Shown piece after piece: positions 62,375 to 64,000 of a stretch of DNA of 64,000 nt (positions are counted from its first letter, which is position 1; every line of letters starts with the position of its first letter). Location of the stretch: NCBI RefSeq assembly GCF_000002075.1, contig NW_004797285.1, positions 1,653,232 to 1,717,231 on the forward strand, given 5' to 3'. Under the pieces are notes generated by a model. The model saw only the letters and a program-made list of their open reading frames with translations, did not search any database and was not told the DNA's origin. Both the position numbers and the translations under genes were made by a program. This DNA comes from Aplysia californica. Lineage: Eukaryota.

Positions 62375-63860
62375 GACCAGTTTTGCTCACCGACTGTCCG
62401 TGATGGCAACAAATTAACTTAAATGACTACACAAACGTTCCCATTCATATAATGAGCACGAAGTGTAGGGATTGAGAACGAAAGGTCGATGATAACAGAA
62501 ACAGCGAGTTACCTTGACTGCTAAAACTGCATGATTTCTAAACGTCTGAAATTTAACGCGCGATCACTAAAAATCATGCACGCCAACTTCACCAAATGTC
62601 ACGAAACGATGACAGACAACCTAGATCTAGAATTCTATCTCAGGTAATTTTTTACCTCGACAGGGAGCACTGATAAATTTAAGATGTTAACAATCGTAAA
62701 AATTTTATCAGACTATTGAATAAGAATATTGCAAGGTGTCTGATCTAACTACATGTATATTTAGCTATTATTTGTCTACTTTCGTTTTTACACAACACTG
62801 ACTTCCGTCTGCGGCCTGCGGTTTTGTGTGAACTGTGAACGAACGAATGAATGGCAGTCAATCACAGTTGCGAACCGCGCGCTTCTTCTTCTAGCCAGGC
62901 TACGCTGGAAGTCTAAAATCTTTGCCTTGGGAAAGCCAGTCTCATGTTAATCCACAGTATTAGTCTGTTCTATATCTAGATATCTAGATTTAGTATAGAT
63001 CTACAAGGTGTTGCATATAGATCTAGATTTCTATAGTATAAATCTCTACTAGATCTAGATCTAGATTCTAGATCTAGATATCTAATTGAAATTGCATTAA
63101 AAGGCTTGAAGGTAATTTTAGCTTCCTACTCAACTACTCAACTGTTATTATTAACGGCCAGTGGCTACATTCACGGCGTAGGCCTAGTTGGAAGGCTTCG
63201 TTCACAGCGTCCTAAATGCGGTTTGCATACGCTGTTGAGCCTACGCTCACGGCACTTCACTAAAGACTAAAGTGGTCTAAAGTCTAAAGCTTCGTTTAGA
63301 CTTAGACACGGAGCGTCCACTGCCGGTTAAAGTCAGCCGGTTTTAGTCAGTGATGACTACATGCCGTTAAACGTAGAAGACACGTCTTTCTGATTGGCTG
63401 CTAATTTTAGTAATTTGATGTCATCTGGGATACCCACAGACTATTTTAAGAAGGCCGTGGAGGTACTGCATGCCGCATGTGATAAAATGACGTGTTCCCT
63501 TTATTTTAATAACATTTCGGAATATTCCAGTATTGACACCGTACGAATGTCAACAATTTCCTTCTTTGATACATTGAAGGGTTTGAGCTTCCTAATTTTC
63601 CGGTTCACTGCGTTTAGATCTATTGAATTCATTCTTTGAATGTTTCCTACTCTATTAGCTATTAGCCTCTAATCTAGATCTACCGTATAAAAGAGACTAT
63701 TCATCATCGGAGCACGCCATCATCATATTAAATGTACCCGTGTCCCTGGAAAAACATCGCACCGAAGCGTCGTGCCATCCCGTTGGCTATATTTACATAG
63801 TCACATGATCGGAGGGGTGGTCAGATCTGACGTCACACAAAATGGCCGCTGTACGTAAAA
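62375..63860. promoter_or_regulatory. CpG-rich MRPL43 promoter region, possibly bidirectional
   Basis: immediately 5' of the MRPL43 ATG; ACTTCCG at ~62801, TCACATGA 63801-63808, TGACGTCA 63828-63835, YY1-like AAAATGGCCGC 63839-63849. Confidence 0.45.
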
Positions 63861-64000
63861 ATAGTTTGCGTCCTTCTATGTTTAATCGCATGTGGTGTGA
63901 CGACTGTGACATGTGTATATTTAATATATATATATATATAATATTTAGGCCAGCTTCAATGAAGCGCCCTTGCCCTTACAGAATTAAAGTCGGGATAGAT

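Noticed and set aside
63394-63639. 81-aa ORF as the first exon of a neighbouring gene
   Set aside because: No recognisable homology or clear splice donor.

Overview
Animal genomic DNA with spliceosomal GT-AG introns and scaffold N-gaps. A gastropod mollusc is inferred from the repeat content and the abundant (TAGATC)n tracts, but this is not provable from sequence alone. Bases 103-44833 (+) hold the 3' part of a very large secreted hemocytin/mucin-like gene whose 5' end lies outside the window. I traced 40 phase-compatible exons (~2,800 codons). They encode 3 F5/8 type C (discoidin) domains, 14 CysD (Mucin2_WxxW-type) domains, S/P/T/G linkers including a 12-aa [12 protein letters not shown] repeat, TIL and VWC-like modules, one LDL-receptor class A module and a C-terminal cystine knot; no VWD domain is visible. 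The gene shows recent exon-level expansion: a duplicated discoidin module, a near-identical CysD exon pair with a MITE end at the junction, and decayed exon relics. One exon carries a frameshifting 35-bp duplication, possibly an assembly artefact. Convergent on the minus strand is a complete 3-exon MRPL43 gene (62374-49008), whose 11-kb first intron contains a dead Ty3/Gypsy pol region and several non-autonomous DNA transposons. Other introns carry RTE and L2-like LINE fragments, SINE remnants and TTAA-, TA- and 8-bp-TSD MITEs.
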